DNA of 64,000 nucleotides from Gemmatimonas sp. (GTDB lineage Bacteria; Gemmatimonadota; Gemmatimonadetes; Gemmatimonadales; Gemmatimonadaceae). Positions 1 to 9,328 of this stretch are shown here, piece after piece; within the stretch, counting starts at the first letter, position 1, and every line of letters starts with the position of its first letter. The notes under the pieces were generated by a model. It saw only the letters and a program-made list of their open reading frames with translations. It was not told the origin of the DNA and ran no database searches. Both the position numbers and the translations under genes were made by a program. The stretch spans positions 24,106-88,105 of the forward strand of contig JANNVQ010000008.1 of assembly GCA_031414535.1 (NCBI GenBank), read 5' to 3'.

Positions 1-170
1 TCGCTGCCGACCGCAACGAGACGATCACCACGAATGGCCACTGCCGACGCACTCGGGTTGGCAGTGTCGCCTGTCCAAATCACACCGTTGTGCAAAATGA
101 GTGTTGGCACAGACTCGCGGCCGCAGGCCGCGAGTCCAAGCGCCAGAAGCAATGCGACCGCGAACCTCAC
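1..170 (-). CDS. N-terminal part of an amidohydrolase-3 (YtcJ-like) lipoprotein, truncated by the window edge
   Basis: Manual translation from GTG at 170: MRFAVALLLALGLAACGRESVPTLILHNGVIWTGDTANPSASAVAIRGDRLVAVGS. Lipobox LAAC and typical 'NG.IWTGD...A.AVAIRGDR..AVGS' N-terminus. Overlaps the stop of the upstream gene. Confidence 0.75.
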   Translation of the reverse strand, partial: MRFAVALLLALGLAACGRESVPTLILHNGVIWTGDTANPSASAVAIRGDRLVAVGS

Positions 171-3100
171 ATGATTGGGGCAGGGCGCTTCGGTGCCGGC
201 ACAATCACGTGTGGCAGACCGTTGCGTTGCAAGAAGGCATTGAGGGCCGCCAGTTGCGTGGCCTCAAAGCTCTCGAGTTCCGCGCGAAGGGTAGACCAGA
301 GCACCTCCACATCGCCCAAACGTTCGCGCACCGGCTGTGTGAGCTCCGGATGTTCTTCCACCTGACCCAGCAAGAATCCGAACTGGCCATTGAGCCCGTT
401 GGCGAAATTAATGATGTCCTGTCCGTTCCCGGCCTTCGTCGTGAGTTCGGGTTCCAAGCGATCAGTGCCACTCGTCACGCGCCCGCCGAGCAGCTTCACC
501 GAATCCGCCTGCGCGTGGTCTGCCGTGCGTTGAACGATGCCGTTCACCTGCGTGCGGATGTCTCGCAGGCGTAGCACGTAGTCGTGCATCTCTCCAATGC
601 GCGTGTTCAACAAGCGGGCAATCGAGTCACGCTCGGCGAGCACCCGTGCATCCGTGGGCGCCAAGCGAGGATCGCGTGTCACGTCGAAGCTGGCGGTCTG
701 CACTTCGCTGCCCACCGTGAGTTTTGCGGTGTAGCGGCCAGGGAGCACCCGCGGACCACCGTTGCCCGGCGGTGCGCCGAAGAGCACCACGTTCTGCAGC
801 GTGGTGGGGCCCTCGTAACGCAGGTCCCAGACTACGCGATTGAGTCCCGTGCGCGTGGCAAGACGGCTACGACCCATTCCCATACTGGTGAAGCTGCGCA
901 CCACGTCGCCGCGCGCATTCATGATTTCCAGCGTGGCGCGCGTGCTCGAATCCGCACGGGCGAGACGGAAGTGAATGGTCGCGCCGTACTCAGGATTGCG
1001 TCCCACGCGATTCGCGCCCGCAGCGCCTCCGAATCCACCACCGGCGTTGGTGAGCACGGCGCCACGCGAGCCGAGCAACTGCACGCCGCTTGCTGGCATG
1101 GCTGTGCCCGCGGCCCGCAGCGGTGTGACATCATCGAGAATCCAGAAGGCGCGTCCCTCTGTGGACAGCACGAGGTCATCGTGCCGCACATCGATGTCCG
1201 TCACCGGGACCTTCGGGAATGTGGTGAACGCCTGCCAGCGCGCCCCGTTGTCCGTCGAGAAGTAGATACCCGTCTCCGTGCCTGCGTAGAGCAGTCCGCG
1301 ACGTACGGGATCTTCCCGCACCACACGCACCGGCTCGGTCGCTCGCAAGCCGTCCACGATTCGTGTCCATGTGCGGCCGGCGTCTGCGGAATGGAAGACG
1401 TGCGGCGTCGGGTCGCCCACGCGGTCTTTGCGGAACGCGAGGTACACCGTGTTCGCATCGTGCGGCGACACTTCAATTTCATTCACCAAACCATCGCCCA
1501 CGCCCGCTGGCGTCACGTTGGTCCAGCTCGCGCCGCCATCCGTGCTGCGTTGGATGAGTCCGTCGTCCGAACCCGTATAGATGGTGTTCTTGTCGTGCGG
1601 CGACTCGGCGATCACGACAATCGTGCCGTAGACCTCGCCTCCCGCGCCTTCATTGGTGATCGGTCCGCCACCCCAGCCCTGTCGTGCCCGGTCGTTGCGC
1701 GTGAGGTCTGGCGAAATCGCCGCCCAACTCGAGCCGCGGTCCGTGGTGCGAAACAGCGCGTTGCCGCCGTAGTAAATGACGCGCGCGTCGTGCTGCGACA
1801 CGCGAATGGGCGCCGTCCAGTTAAAGCGATACTTCGTGCTGTCGGTCCGCTCGGTGAGATTCATGGCCGGATACACCATGATGGCGCGCGTGAGTCCGGT
1901 CTCCTGGTCGAGTTCGTCGAGAATGCCCTGATAGCAGCCACCGTACACGTAGCGTGACTCGCGCGCACTCACGCCGATGTTGGCGCTCTCGCAGCCCGCC
2001 GTGTTATCCCAATCACGTATGCCGATGCTGCCGCCATCGCCGCGGCTCTTGATGACGACCGCCGAGTTGTCTTGCTGGCCCGAGTAGAGCCGGTAAGGGA
2101 AGGCGTCATCCACGGTCACGTGATAGAACTGCGCGGTGGGCTGATTGTCCTGCGAGCTCCAGCTCTTGCCCCCGTCGAGCGAGATGCTGGCGCCACCGTC
2201 ATTGCCGTTGATGAGGCGATGCGGAGCGTCCGGGTCCAGCCACAGCGCATGATTGTCACCGTGCGTGGCCGGCACCGTGGTGAAGTTCGCACCGCCGTCA
2301 ATGGAGCGCATGATGGGTGCATTCGTCACCCACACTTCATTTTCGTTCTTGGGATCGGCAAACACCTTCATGTAGTACCACGAGCGCGACTGGATGAGCC
2401 GATCGCTGGACAGGAGGCGCCAGCTGCGTCCCGCGTCATCGGAGCGATACAGTCCGCCCTTGTCCGCCTCGACGATGGCAAACACTCGCTCCGAGTTGGC
2501 GGGAGACACACTCACGCCAACCTTGCCCATCAGTGCGGGGAGTCCCTGCGTGAGTCGCGTCCAGGTGTCACCGCCGTCCATGGACTTCCAGATACCGCTG
2601 CCGGCGCCACCGGAGCGCACATACCACGGCTGACGCTGATGATCCCAGAATGACGCATAGAGGATGCGTGGATTGTTGGGATCCATCGAGAGGTCGCTCG
2701 CGCCGCTCGTCGGATTCTGGCCGCGCAAGATCAGCTGCCAGGTCGCTCCGCCGTCGCGCGAACGGTAGATGCCGCGGTCCGCGCTGCCCTGCCAGCGATC
2801 GCCCTGCGCGGCCACGTACACGGTGTTGGGGTCATCTGGGTGCACACGCACCGCGGAGATCTGACGCGTGGTCTGCAGGCCGACGTTCGTCCAGCTACGG
2901 CCAAAGTCCGTGCTCTTGTATACGCCATCGCCGTAGGAGGACGACTGCCCGCGAATCGCGTGCTCGCCCGTGCCCACGTAGATGACGTTGTAATCCGAAT
3001 TGGCCACGGCAATGGCGCCGATACTGCCCACGCGGAACTGGCCGTCGGAGATGTTCCGCCACGAAATGCCCGCATCATCGGTGCGCCAGAGCCCGCCGCC

Positions 3101-3361
3101 CGTGTAGCCCGCGAAGTAGGTGAGCGGCATACCGCGTACGCCGCTGACGGCCACGGAGCGCCCGCCCCGTGATGGGCCGATGTTGCGGAACGTGAGGGCC
3201 GCAAACTCCGTGAGCGTGGAGTCCGCCGCCGCGCTCAGCGACGGCCCACGGCCTCGCGTCTGCGCGGTGAGTGGATGAGGCTGGCAGACGAGTGCCGCGA
3301 AGGCGAGGAGCGCGAGGCGCTGGCGCATGAGATTGCAGTGGGTGAGGGTGACAACAGACAT
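167..3361 (-). CDS. Secreted BNR/Asp-box (VPS10/sortilin-like) beta-propeller protein, putative glycosyl hydrolase
   Basis: Many S/T-x-D-x-G-x-[ST]-W Asp-box repeats, FRNIGPSRGGR motif, signal peptide, C-terminal Ig-like and helical region. Start may be ATG at 3328. Confidence 0.85.
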   Translation of the reverse strand: MSVVTLTHCNLMRQRLALLAFAALVCQPHPLTAQTRGRGPSLSAAADSTLTEFAALTFRNIGPSRGGRSVAVSGVRGMPLTYFAGYTGGGLWRTDDAGISWRNISDGQFRVGSIGAIAVANSDYNVIYVGTGEHAIRGQSSSYGDGVYKSTDFGRSWTNVGLQTTRQISAVRVHPDDPNTVYVAAQGDRWQGSADRGIYRSRDGGATWQLILRGQNPTSGASDLSMDPNNPRILYASFWDHQRQPWYVRSGGAGSGIWKSMDGGDTWTRLTQGLPALMGKVGVSVSPANSERVFAIVEADKGGLYRSDDAGRSWRLLSSDRLIQSRSWYYMKVFADPKNENEVWVTNAPIMRSIDGGANFTTVPATHGDNHALWLDPDAPHRLINGNDGGASISLDGGKSWSSQDNQPTAQFYHVTVDDAFPYRLYSGQQDNSAVVIKSRGDGGSIGIRDWDNTAGCESANIGVSARESRYVYGGCYQGILDELDQETGLTRAIMVYPAMNLTERTDSTKYRFNWTAPIRVSQHDARVIYYGGNALFRTTDRGSSWAAISPDLTRNDRARQGWGGGPITNEGAGGEVYGTIVVIAESPHDKNTIYTGSDDGLIQRSTDGGASWTNVTPAGVGDGLVNEIEVSPHDANTVYLAFRKDRVGDPTPHVFHSADAGRTWTRIVDGLRATEPVRVVREDPVRRGLLYAGTETGIYFSTDNGARWQAFTTFPKVPVTDIDVRHDDLVLSTEGRAFWILDDVTPLRAAGTAMPASGVQLLGSRGAVLTNAGGGFGGAAGANRVGRNPEYGATIHFRLARADSSTRATLEIMNARGDVVRSFTSMGMGRSRLATRTGLNRVVWDLRYEGPTTLQNVVLFGAPPGNGGPRVLPGRYTAKLTVGSEVQTASFDVTRDPRLAPTDARVLAERDSIARLLNTRIGEMHDYVLRLRDIRTQVNGIVQRTADHAQADSVKLLGGRVTSGTDRLEPELTTKAGNGQDIINFANGLNGQFGFLLGQVEEHPELTQPVRERLGDVEVLWSTLRAELESFEATQLAALNAFLQRNGLPHVIVPAPKRPAPIM

Positions 3362-3424
3362 TCACCCCCACGCCCTCGAATCGCAAGGAACTAGCGCCGT
3401 TTTCCTGGCTCGACTACTTCGGAA

Positions 3425-4441
3425 TTATTGGCGTTCCAGCCGTACGCCGCCCGAGCCCGTGGACACGCGGAACCGTCCGCCCGTGCCGGCACCGATACGA
3501 CCGCGCAGTGCGTTGCGGCGCACCTGTTCCATCGTGACCGGAAAGTCCGTGGAGATGCCGCCTGAGCCCGTACGGATGTCGAGGTCGGCGTCGGTGTTGG
3601 CTGGCAGCCGCAAGGTGACGCCGCCCGAGCCGGTGCGGGCGCTCAAGTCAGTCGGGGTGGCTTGAAGATCGAGGCGTACGCTGCCGGAGCCCGTGCTCGC
3701 ATCGAGCCGATCCGCCTTGATGCTCCGGCCTTGGATGCTCCCCGACCCCGTGCTGACGCGCAGTTCGCCGCTCGTCACGGAATTGAGCTCGATGCTGCCG
3801 GAGCCTGTGGAGGCAGTCGTGCGCTCGGTGTTCACGTTGTCAAGGAAGATGCGGCCGGAGCCCGTGCGGCCGGTGAAGCGCCCCTGCAAGCCATGCCCGC
3901 GGATGCTCGAGGCGTTCGTGCGTAGCTCAATCTCGCCGTTCACATTGGTGGCTTCAATCTCACCCACCCCCACGTAAATGGCCACGCGCTGGCCCGGAGG
4001 AACCTGAATGCGCAGATCGGCGTGCGCCTCAAGGCCGCCGCCGCTCGAGCGGATGCGCACCGAGCGTCCGCTCCGGTCATCATCCCAGCCGCCGGTGAAC
4101 GTGCCGTCGTCGTCCACCCGCAGGCGCGCTTCCCAGCCGCGGGAGTCTGTACGTTCACGATACACGATATCGCGGCTCGGATACTTCACCACCATGCGTC
4201 CGGCGTTGGCCTCGACGGCAAGCCGAGATCCGTCGTCGCCTCCGCGTGTGAGCTCGACGATGACTTCGCTCCCGGAGCCCGCCACGAGCTCCGTGCGTCC
4301 GGCGAGATTCCAAATGGCCACGCGCTCCCCGCTGAGCACGTGACGCTCCGTGGAAGCCTGAGCGGAAGCCTGAGCGGAAGCCTGAGCGGTAGCCGCGCTC
4401 GAGGCGACTGCGATCAAGAGGGCAGGGAACAAGCGGCGCAT
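3425..4441 (-). CDS. Secreted DUF4097-like beta-strand repeat protein
   Basis: Signal peptide and repeated (S/R)TGSG(S/G)(I/V)xL units. Confidence 0.8.
   Translation of the reverse strand: MRRLFPALLIAVASSAATAQASAQASAQASTERHVLSGERVAIWNLAGRTELVAGSGSEVIVELTRGGDDGSRLAVEANAGRMVVKYPSRDIVYRERTDSRGWEARLRVDDDGTFTGGWDDDRSGRSVRIRSSGGGLEAHADLRIQVPPGQRVAIYVGVGEIEATNVNGEIELRTNASSIRGHGLQGRFTGRTGSGRIFLDNVNTERTTASTGSGSIELNSVTSGELRVSTGSGSIQGRSIKADRLDASTGSGSVRLDLQATPTDLSARTGSGGVTLRLPANTDADLDIRTGSGGISTDFPVTMEQVRRNALRGRIGAGTGGRFRVSTGSGGVRLERQ
4352..4387. repeat. 3 x 12-bp tandem repeat (GGAAGCCTGAGC) encoding AQAS x3
   Basis: Exact repeat at the end of the signal peptide of the DUF4097-like gene. Confidence 0.9.
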
Positions 4442-4625
4442 ACGGAGATCTCGGCGAGAGTGAGGCGAGGTGAGGCTAAGCCGACCTACGGGCGGGCCAG
4501 GGCGATGGTTGCAGTTCGATCCGATTTCTCAGACAGCGGTCGAGCCCGGTGGGTTTGAACCCGGGTCTCGGTGTAGATTCCCGCCCGCGTGGCGATGCCG
4601 TCCGCCATTCCTCCGCTCAAACACC

Positions 4626-5777
4626 ATGCTTCTCGCGTTTGCCGTCATCCAGGCCGCCCTTGCACTCGTGCTGCTCCAGCGATTGAGCGGCGGGCGCACG
4701 CGTCGGCCGCCTGAGGCGCCGCTCGAAGCGGGTCTTGAGGGAGACGGGCTCAGCATCGTGGTCGCTACGCTCAACGAAGCGCGGCGCATCGAGCCATGTC
4801 TGCGCGGACTGCGCGCACAAGGCCGCCCCGTTCGCGAAATTCTCGTCGTGGACTCAGGCTCCACCGATGGTACGCGTGAACTGGTGCAGGCCGCCTCTCA
4901 ACTCGATCCGCGTATTCGCCTGCTCACCGACCCGCCGCTGGCCGATGGCTGGATCGGTAAGGCGTGGGCGCTCCAGTACGCAACGGAACAGGCCAAGCAG
5001 CCCTGGGTGCTTGGCATGGATGCAGATACCGAGGCCAACCCCGGCTGCGCCGCGGCCGTCCTCGCCGCAGCCAAGCGAGAAGGATTTGATGTGGTGTCCT
5101 TCGCCCCACGCTTCGCCGCCCAAAGTGCCGCCGAACGATGGCTCCAGCCCGCACTGCTCGTCACACTCATCTACCGTAGTGGCGCTGCCGGCGATCCGCG
5201 CGTGAAGCCCGAGCGCGTTATCGCCAACGGTCAGTGCTTTCTCGCGCGTCGCGACGTCATCCTTGGCAACGGCGGCTATGAGCCGGTAAAGGATTCCTTC
5301 GCCGAGGACGTAAGTCTCGTCCGGCACTTGGCCAAGCGTGGCGTCCCGGTCGGCTTCCTCGATGGCTCTCGCCTGTACCGGGTGCGCTCGTACACCAGTA
5401 TCACGCAGATGTGGCGCGAATGGGGACGCTCGCTCGATTTGAAGGACGCCACGCATCCGCTACGGCAGGCTTGGGACACAGTGTTCGTCGTGCTCGCGCA
5501 GGGCGCGCAGTTGCCGGCGGCGCTGCTGCTCATGGGCATTTGGTCCTCGCTCGCGGTAGGCCCCGCACGCTCAGCCCTCGCAGTGAGCACGGGCATCCTC
5601 GTCGGCGTACGCTGGCTACTCCTCTTCGGCATCGCCCCCAGCTACGAGCGCCGCGGCATCACCTGGTGGCTCTCGCCGCTCGCGGATCCCGTTGCCGCTT
5701 TGCGCTTAGTCATCAGCAGTCTCAGCCGGCCGAAGCGCTGGCGCTCGCGCACGTATTCTGTCGCGAAGACAAACTGA
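4626..5777 (+). CDS. Family 2 glycosyltransferase with membrane helices, CruG/HpnB-like (possibly carotenoid glycosylation)
   Basis: VVDSGSTDGT, GWIGKAWAL, DAD, ANGQC, EDV motifs; hydrophobic C-terminus. ATG at 4626 preferred over the ORF-track start. Confidence 0.8.
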   Translation: MLLAFAVIQAALALVLLQRLSGGRTRRPPEAPLEAGLEGDGLSIVVATLNEARRIEPCLRGLRAQGRPVREILVVDSGSTDGTRELVQAASQLDPRIRLLTDPPLADGWIGKAWALQYATEQAKQPWVLGMDADTEANPGCAAAVLAAAKREGFDVVSFAPRFAAQSAAERWLQPALLVTLIYRSGAAGDPRVKPERVIANGQCFLARRDVILGNGGYEPVKDSFAEDVSLVRHLAKRGVPVGFLDGSRLYRVRSYTSITQMWREWGRSLDLKDATHPLRQAWDTVFVVLAQGAQLPAALLLMGIWSSLAVGPARSALAVSTGILVGVRWLLLFGIAPSYERRGITWWLSPLADPVAALRLVISSLSRPKRWRSRTYSVAKTN

Positions 5778-5785
5778 AGAACATT

Positions 5786-5903
5786 CACCACGAAGGCACG
5801 AAGGGCTCCCTGCAAACTGACGGCCCCGCGACTCCAAGAAGAAATGCTTCTTGGGGTTGCGGGGCCGAAAGATTGTTGCGGCTCCCTTCGTGCCTTCGTG
5901 GTG
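5786..5903. repeat. 118-bp palindromic MITE/REPIN-like element, copy 1
   Basis: Perfect 20-bp terminal inverted repeats CACCACGAAGGCACGAAGGG (5786-5805 / 5884-5903) and a 21-bp inner stem (5821-5841 / 5847-5867). Lies between convergent genes; related copy at 63761. Confidence 0.9.
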
Positions 5904-5910
5904 CGAGGCG

Positions 5911-7302
5911 TTACACCTGCTTCACCTCGGTCACCAGCTTCACGAGCGTATCCTTGGCATTGCCAAAGAGCATCTGTGTCTTCTCAGCGTAGAACAGTTC
6001 GTTCTCAATGCCCGCAAAGCCTGCGCTCATGCCGCGCTTCATCACGATGCATCGCTTGGCGTAGTCGGCGTTCAAAATGGGCATGCCAAAGATCGGCGAC
6101 GAAGCATCCGTGCGCGCTGCGGGATTCACCACGTCGTTGGCACCAATCACGAGGCACACATCCGTGCGCTCAAATTCGCCGTTGATATCATCCATGTCCA
6201 CGAGCTTGTCGTAGGGAATGTTCGCCTCGGCGAGTAGCACATTCATGTGACCAGGCATGCGCCCTGCCACCGGGTGAATGGCGAACTTCACCGTGCCGCC
6301 GCGCTTCTCCACCAACTCCATCAGTTCGCGTACTTGGTGCTGCGCCTGTGCGACGGCGAGGCCGTAGCCCGGCACCACAATCACGGACTGCGCGTAGGCC
6401 AACTGCAGTGCCGCTTCTTCCACGTTGGTCTCGCGCACCGTCAGCCCAGCCGAACTCTTGCCCGCGCCTGCGGTCGTCTGGCCAAATGCCCCGAAGAGCA
6501 CGTTTGTGAGTGAGCGGTTCATCGCCTTGCACATGATCTGCGAGAGGATGATTCCTGACGAGCCCACGAGCGCGCCGGCAATCACCAGCACTTCGCTCTT
6601 GATGGCGAAGCCCGTCATGGCCGCGGCAATGCCTGAATACGAATTCAGTAGCGAGATCACTACCGGCATATCCGCGCCACCAATCGGAATCACGAGCAGC
6701 ACGCCAAGTAGCAATGCGACCGCGATGAGCGCGAAGAACGCCCACATCGGCGCGTCTGGGGACGCCACCAACCAGCCGGTGAGGCCGACGATGATTGCAA
6801 ACAGCAAACCATTGAAAATCTTCTGGCCGCCGAAGGTGATCGGTTTGCCTGTCATGACTTCTTGTAACTTCGCCCAGGCAATCGCCGAGCCCGTAAGCGT
6901 CACAGCGCCGATAAGCACGCCGAGTTGTGTAGACAGCGACACGTCAATGGTTGGCGATGCACCAATTGCTTCCGCGTGGAGGTGCTCTGTGACTGCAACA
7001 AACAGCGACGACCCGCCGCCAAGTCCGTTGAGCAGTGCCACCATTTGCGGCATCGAGGTCATCTGTACCGCGCGCGCCATCCACAAGCCCAGCGCGCCAC
7101 CCACCAGCAGGCCAACCGTAATCGTGCCGTAGGTAATGGTCTTCGTGCTCAACAGCGTGACAATAATGGCCACGAGCATGCCGATGGAGCTCAGGCGATT
7201 ACCGCCGCGCGCCGTCTCCGGGCTACCCAACTGCTTGATGCCCATGATGAAGAGTACGGACGCCACGAGGTACAGCAGGCGTTCGATTGCAATCGATATC
7301 AC
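5911..7302 (-). CDS. pntB: NAD(P) transhydrogenase beta subunit
   Basis: PIGGADMPVVISLLNSYSG, HPVAGRMPGHMNVLLAEA, GANDVVNPAA. GTG start overlaps the upstream stop. Confidence 0.97.
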   Translation of the reverse strand: MISIAIERLLYLVASVLFIMGIKQLGSPETARGGNRLSSIGMLVAIIVTLLSTKTITYGTITVGLLVGGALGLWMARAVQMTSMPQMVALLNGLGGGSSLFVAVTEHLHAEAIGASPTIDVSLSTQLGVLIGAVTLTGSAIAWAKLQEVMTGKPITFGGQKIFNGLLFAIIVGLTGWLVASPDAPMWAFFALIAVALLLGVLLVIPIGGADMPVVISLLNSYSGIAAAMTGFAIKSEVLVIAGALVGSSGIILSQIMCKAMNRSLTNVLFGAFGQTTAGAGKSSAGLTVRETNVEEAALQLAYAQSVIVVPGYGLAVAQAQHQVRELMELVEKRGGTVKFAIHPVAGRMPGHMNVLLAEANIPYDKLVDMDDINGEFERTDVCLVIGANDVVNPAARTDASSPIFGMPILNADYAKRCIVMKRGMSAGFAGIENELFYAEKTQMLFGNAKDTLVKLVTEVKQV

Positions 7303-7595
7303 TTGCGTCCCTCCGTCGGCGACTTCTTGAACATTTCGAGCATGCGGTCGGTCACGGCATAGCCGCCCACCACGTTCATCATCGCGAACACGATGGCAAT
7401 GAAGCCGAGCACTCGGCCCAGCGTCCCGTAGTCGGTGTGGCCAGCGATGGCCATCGCACCGACGACCGTGATGCCGGAGACGGCATTGGCGCCGCTCATG
7501 AGCGGCGTGTGCAGCGTCGGCGGCACGCGTCCGATGAGTGATGCGCCGAGGTAGGTCGCCAGGATAAAGACGACGATAAATCCAATGAGATCCAT
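7299..7595 (-). CDS. pntA: NAD(P) transhydrogenase alpha subunit, membrane part (alpha-2)
   Basis: VPPTLHTPLMSGANAVSG and NVVGGYAVTDRMLEMF. Confidence 0.95.
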   Translation of the reverse strand: MDLIGFIVVFILATYLGASLIGRVPPTLHTPLMSGANAVSGITVVGAMAIAGHTDYGTLGRVLGFIAIVFAMMNVVGGYAVTDRMLEMFKKSPTEGRK

Positions 7596-8689
7596 TACGC
7601 CGTTCTCCCGGTGACAATCATCGCGCCCGTGATTTCGTCGGCGCGGTCAACTTTGAGTGAGCCGTCCTTCTGCAGCATGTGCTGCACGAAGGTAAGGATG
7701 TTGCGTGAGAGCATCTGCGAAGCGTGCGTGGGCATGGTGGCCGCGATGTTCACAGGGCCAATTACCTGCACGCCGTTCACTTCCACCGTCTCGCCGGCCT
7801 TGGTGGACTCGCAATTGCCGCCGCTCTCGGCGGCCAAGTCTACGATGACAGAACCCGGGGCCATGGTGCGCACGGTGTCAGCGGAGATGAGGCGTGGTGC
7901 CGCCCGTCCGGGAATCTGCGCCGTGGTGATGACGAGATCCATGCCTTTCAGATGATTGCGCAGCGCTTCCTGAATGGCGTCCTGCTGCTCCTTCGTTTGC
8001 TCCTTGGCGTAGCCGCCGGCGGTCTCGCTGTCGGCCGCGATGAGATCCTGCGCGACCACGGTGGCGCCGAGCGAGCGAATCTGCTCCGCCGCTGCGGCGC
8101 GAATGTCAAAGCCGCTCACGACGGCGCCGAGTCGGCGCGCAGTGGCGATGGCTTGCAGCCCCGCGACGCCGGCGCCGAGCACGCAGCACTTGGAGGGCGC
8201 GATGGTGCCGGCAGCCGTGGTGAGCATCGGCAAGAACTTCGGGGACGCCGATGCACCGATGAGCACGGCCTTGTAGCCGGCGACCGTGGCCTGCGAGGAG
8301 AGCACGTCCATTGATTGGGCGCGCGTGATACGCGGCACCAGCTCGAGCGCGAAGGCCGTGACGCCGCGCTGGTCAAGCGCTGAGATTGCGTCGGCACTCG
8401 TGGACGGAGCGAGCAGTGCAATGAGATGCGCGCCCGACTGCATTGCGCTGACCTCAGTGCCTGCGGGCTTCTGGACTTTACACACCAAATCCGCGGCCAG
8501 TGCGCCGCTTGCGTTGACGAGTTCGGCACCGGCGCCTTCATATGAAGCGTCGGTGATGCCTGCGGCGAGACCAGCGCCCCTCTCGACACGAACGGTGACG
8601 CCTGCCTTTACGAGGCGGGCAACACTTTCTGGGACGAGAGCGACGCGGAACTCACCGACGGCGGATTCCTTAGGAACGCCAAGAATCAC
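7595..8689 (-). CDS. pntA: NAD(P) transhydrogenase alpha subunit, NAD-binding part (alpha-1)
   Basis: GVPKE...RVALVP, RITRAQSMDVLSSQ, GAGVAGLQA, DLAAESGGNC. Start GTG at 8689. Confidence 0.95.
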   Translation of the reverse strand: MILGVPKESAVGEFRVALVPESVARLVKAGVTVRVERGAGLAAGITDASYEGAGAELVNASGALAADLVCKVQKPAGTEVSAMQSGAHLIALLAPSTSADAISALDQRGVTAFALELVPRITRAQSMDVLSSQATVAGYKAVLIGASASPKFLPMLTTAAGTIAPSKCCVLGAGVAGLQAIATARRLGAVVSGFDIRAAAAEQIRSLGATVVAQDLIAADSETAGGYAKEQTKEQQDAIQEALRNHLKGMDLVITTAQIPGRAAPRLISADTVRTMAPGSVIVDLAAESGGNCESTKAGETVEVNGVQVIGPVNIAATMPTHASQMLSRNILTFVQHMLQKDGSLKVDRADEITGAMIVTGRTA

Positions 8690-8703
8690 GGGACAAATCC
8701 GAG

Positions 8704-8750
8704 GTGGATGGAATGTGGATGGCACGTGGATGGCACGTGGTGGCACGTGG
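8704..8750. repeat. Imperfect ~11-bp tandem repeat (GTGGATGGCAC) x ~4 in the pnt leader
   Basis: gtggatggaat-gtggatggcac-gtggatggcac-gtggtggcac-gtgg. Confidence 0.8.
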
Positions 8751-9113
8751 GTGTGATCAAGCGGGGCAGGGCGATGCCCCGAAGTGTAACCGGGGCGAGG
8801 CGATGAACGAATCGAGGAATGTCGCGGTGCCAGGATCTCGTGTTCTCGTCCCACAAATCATGGCGGAACGACCCGGGTCGTCTTGGTGTTGCAATGGTCA
8901 TGGCGCAATGCGAGGCGCTCGTTCCGACCCGGGCCGATTCGGAGTGCCTTCGGCCATCACGCTGTGATAGCGCTAATGCGTTTGTTTTCAATGACTTACG
9001 ATTTTACAGTGCGGCTAAGTGGCTTAAGTGTATGCATTGTCGTGATTTAAGACATAAGCATGTGTGCTAGCCCAAAAGTGTGACCTAAGTCATTATGATT
9101 AAAAGACATACAC

Positions 9114-9129
9114 TGGCATAACACTTGCA
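9114..9129 (+). promoter_or_regulatory. Putative sigma54 (-24/-12) promoter of the fimbria-like operon
   Basis: TGGCAT-AACAC-TTGCA matches TGGCAC-N5-TTGCW with exact GG-N10-GC spacing, in an AT-rich intergenic region with an IHF-like site at 8986-8998. Confidence 0.7.
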
Positions 9130-9328
9130 AATGAGCGATATTGTCACGGCAAGACTCCGGTTCGTGACTGTCGCTTGGAAGCCTCGTCTTGACCCGGGCG
9201 GCAAAGCATAAGCAAGGAAGGCGAGAAGATCGCCGATACAGTGTGATAGTGTCGCTTTGTAATTCGCTGTTGTGTTTGTAGTCTACTCGCAGAGTTCGAC
9301 CCCCATTACCCACTTTAGGAGAGTTCAG

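Noticed and set aside
9135..9300. c-di-GMP-I riboswitch in the leader (GGCAA...GCAAAGC-like words)
   Set aside because: The GNRA tetraloop/receptor and P1 pairing could not be built by eye; only a generic hairpin is supported.
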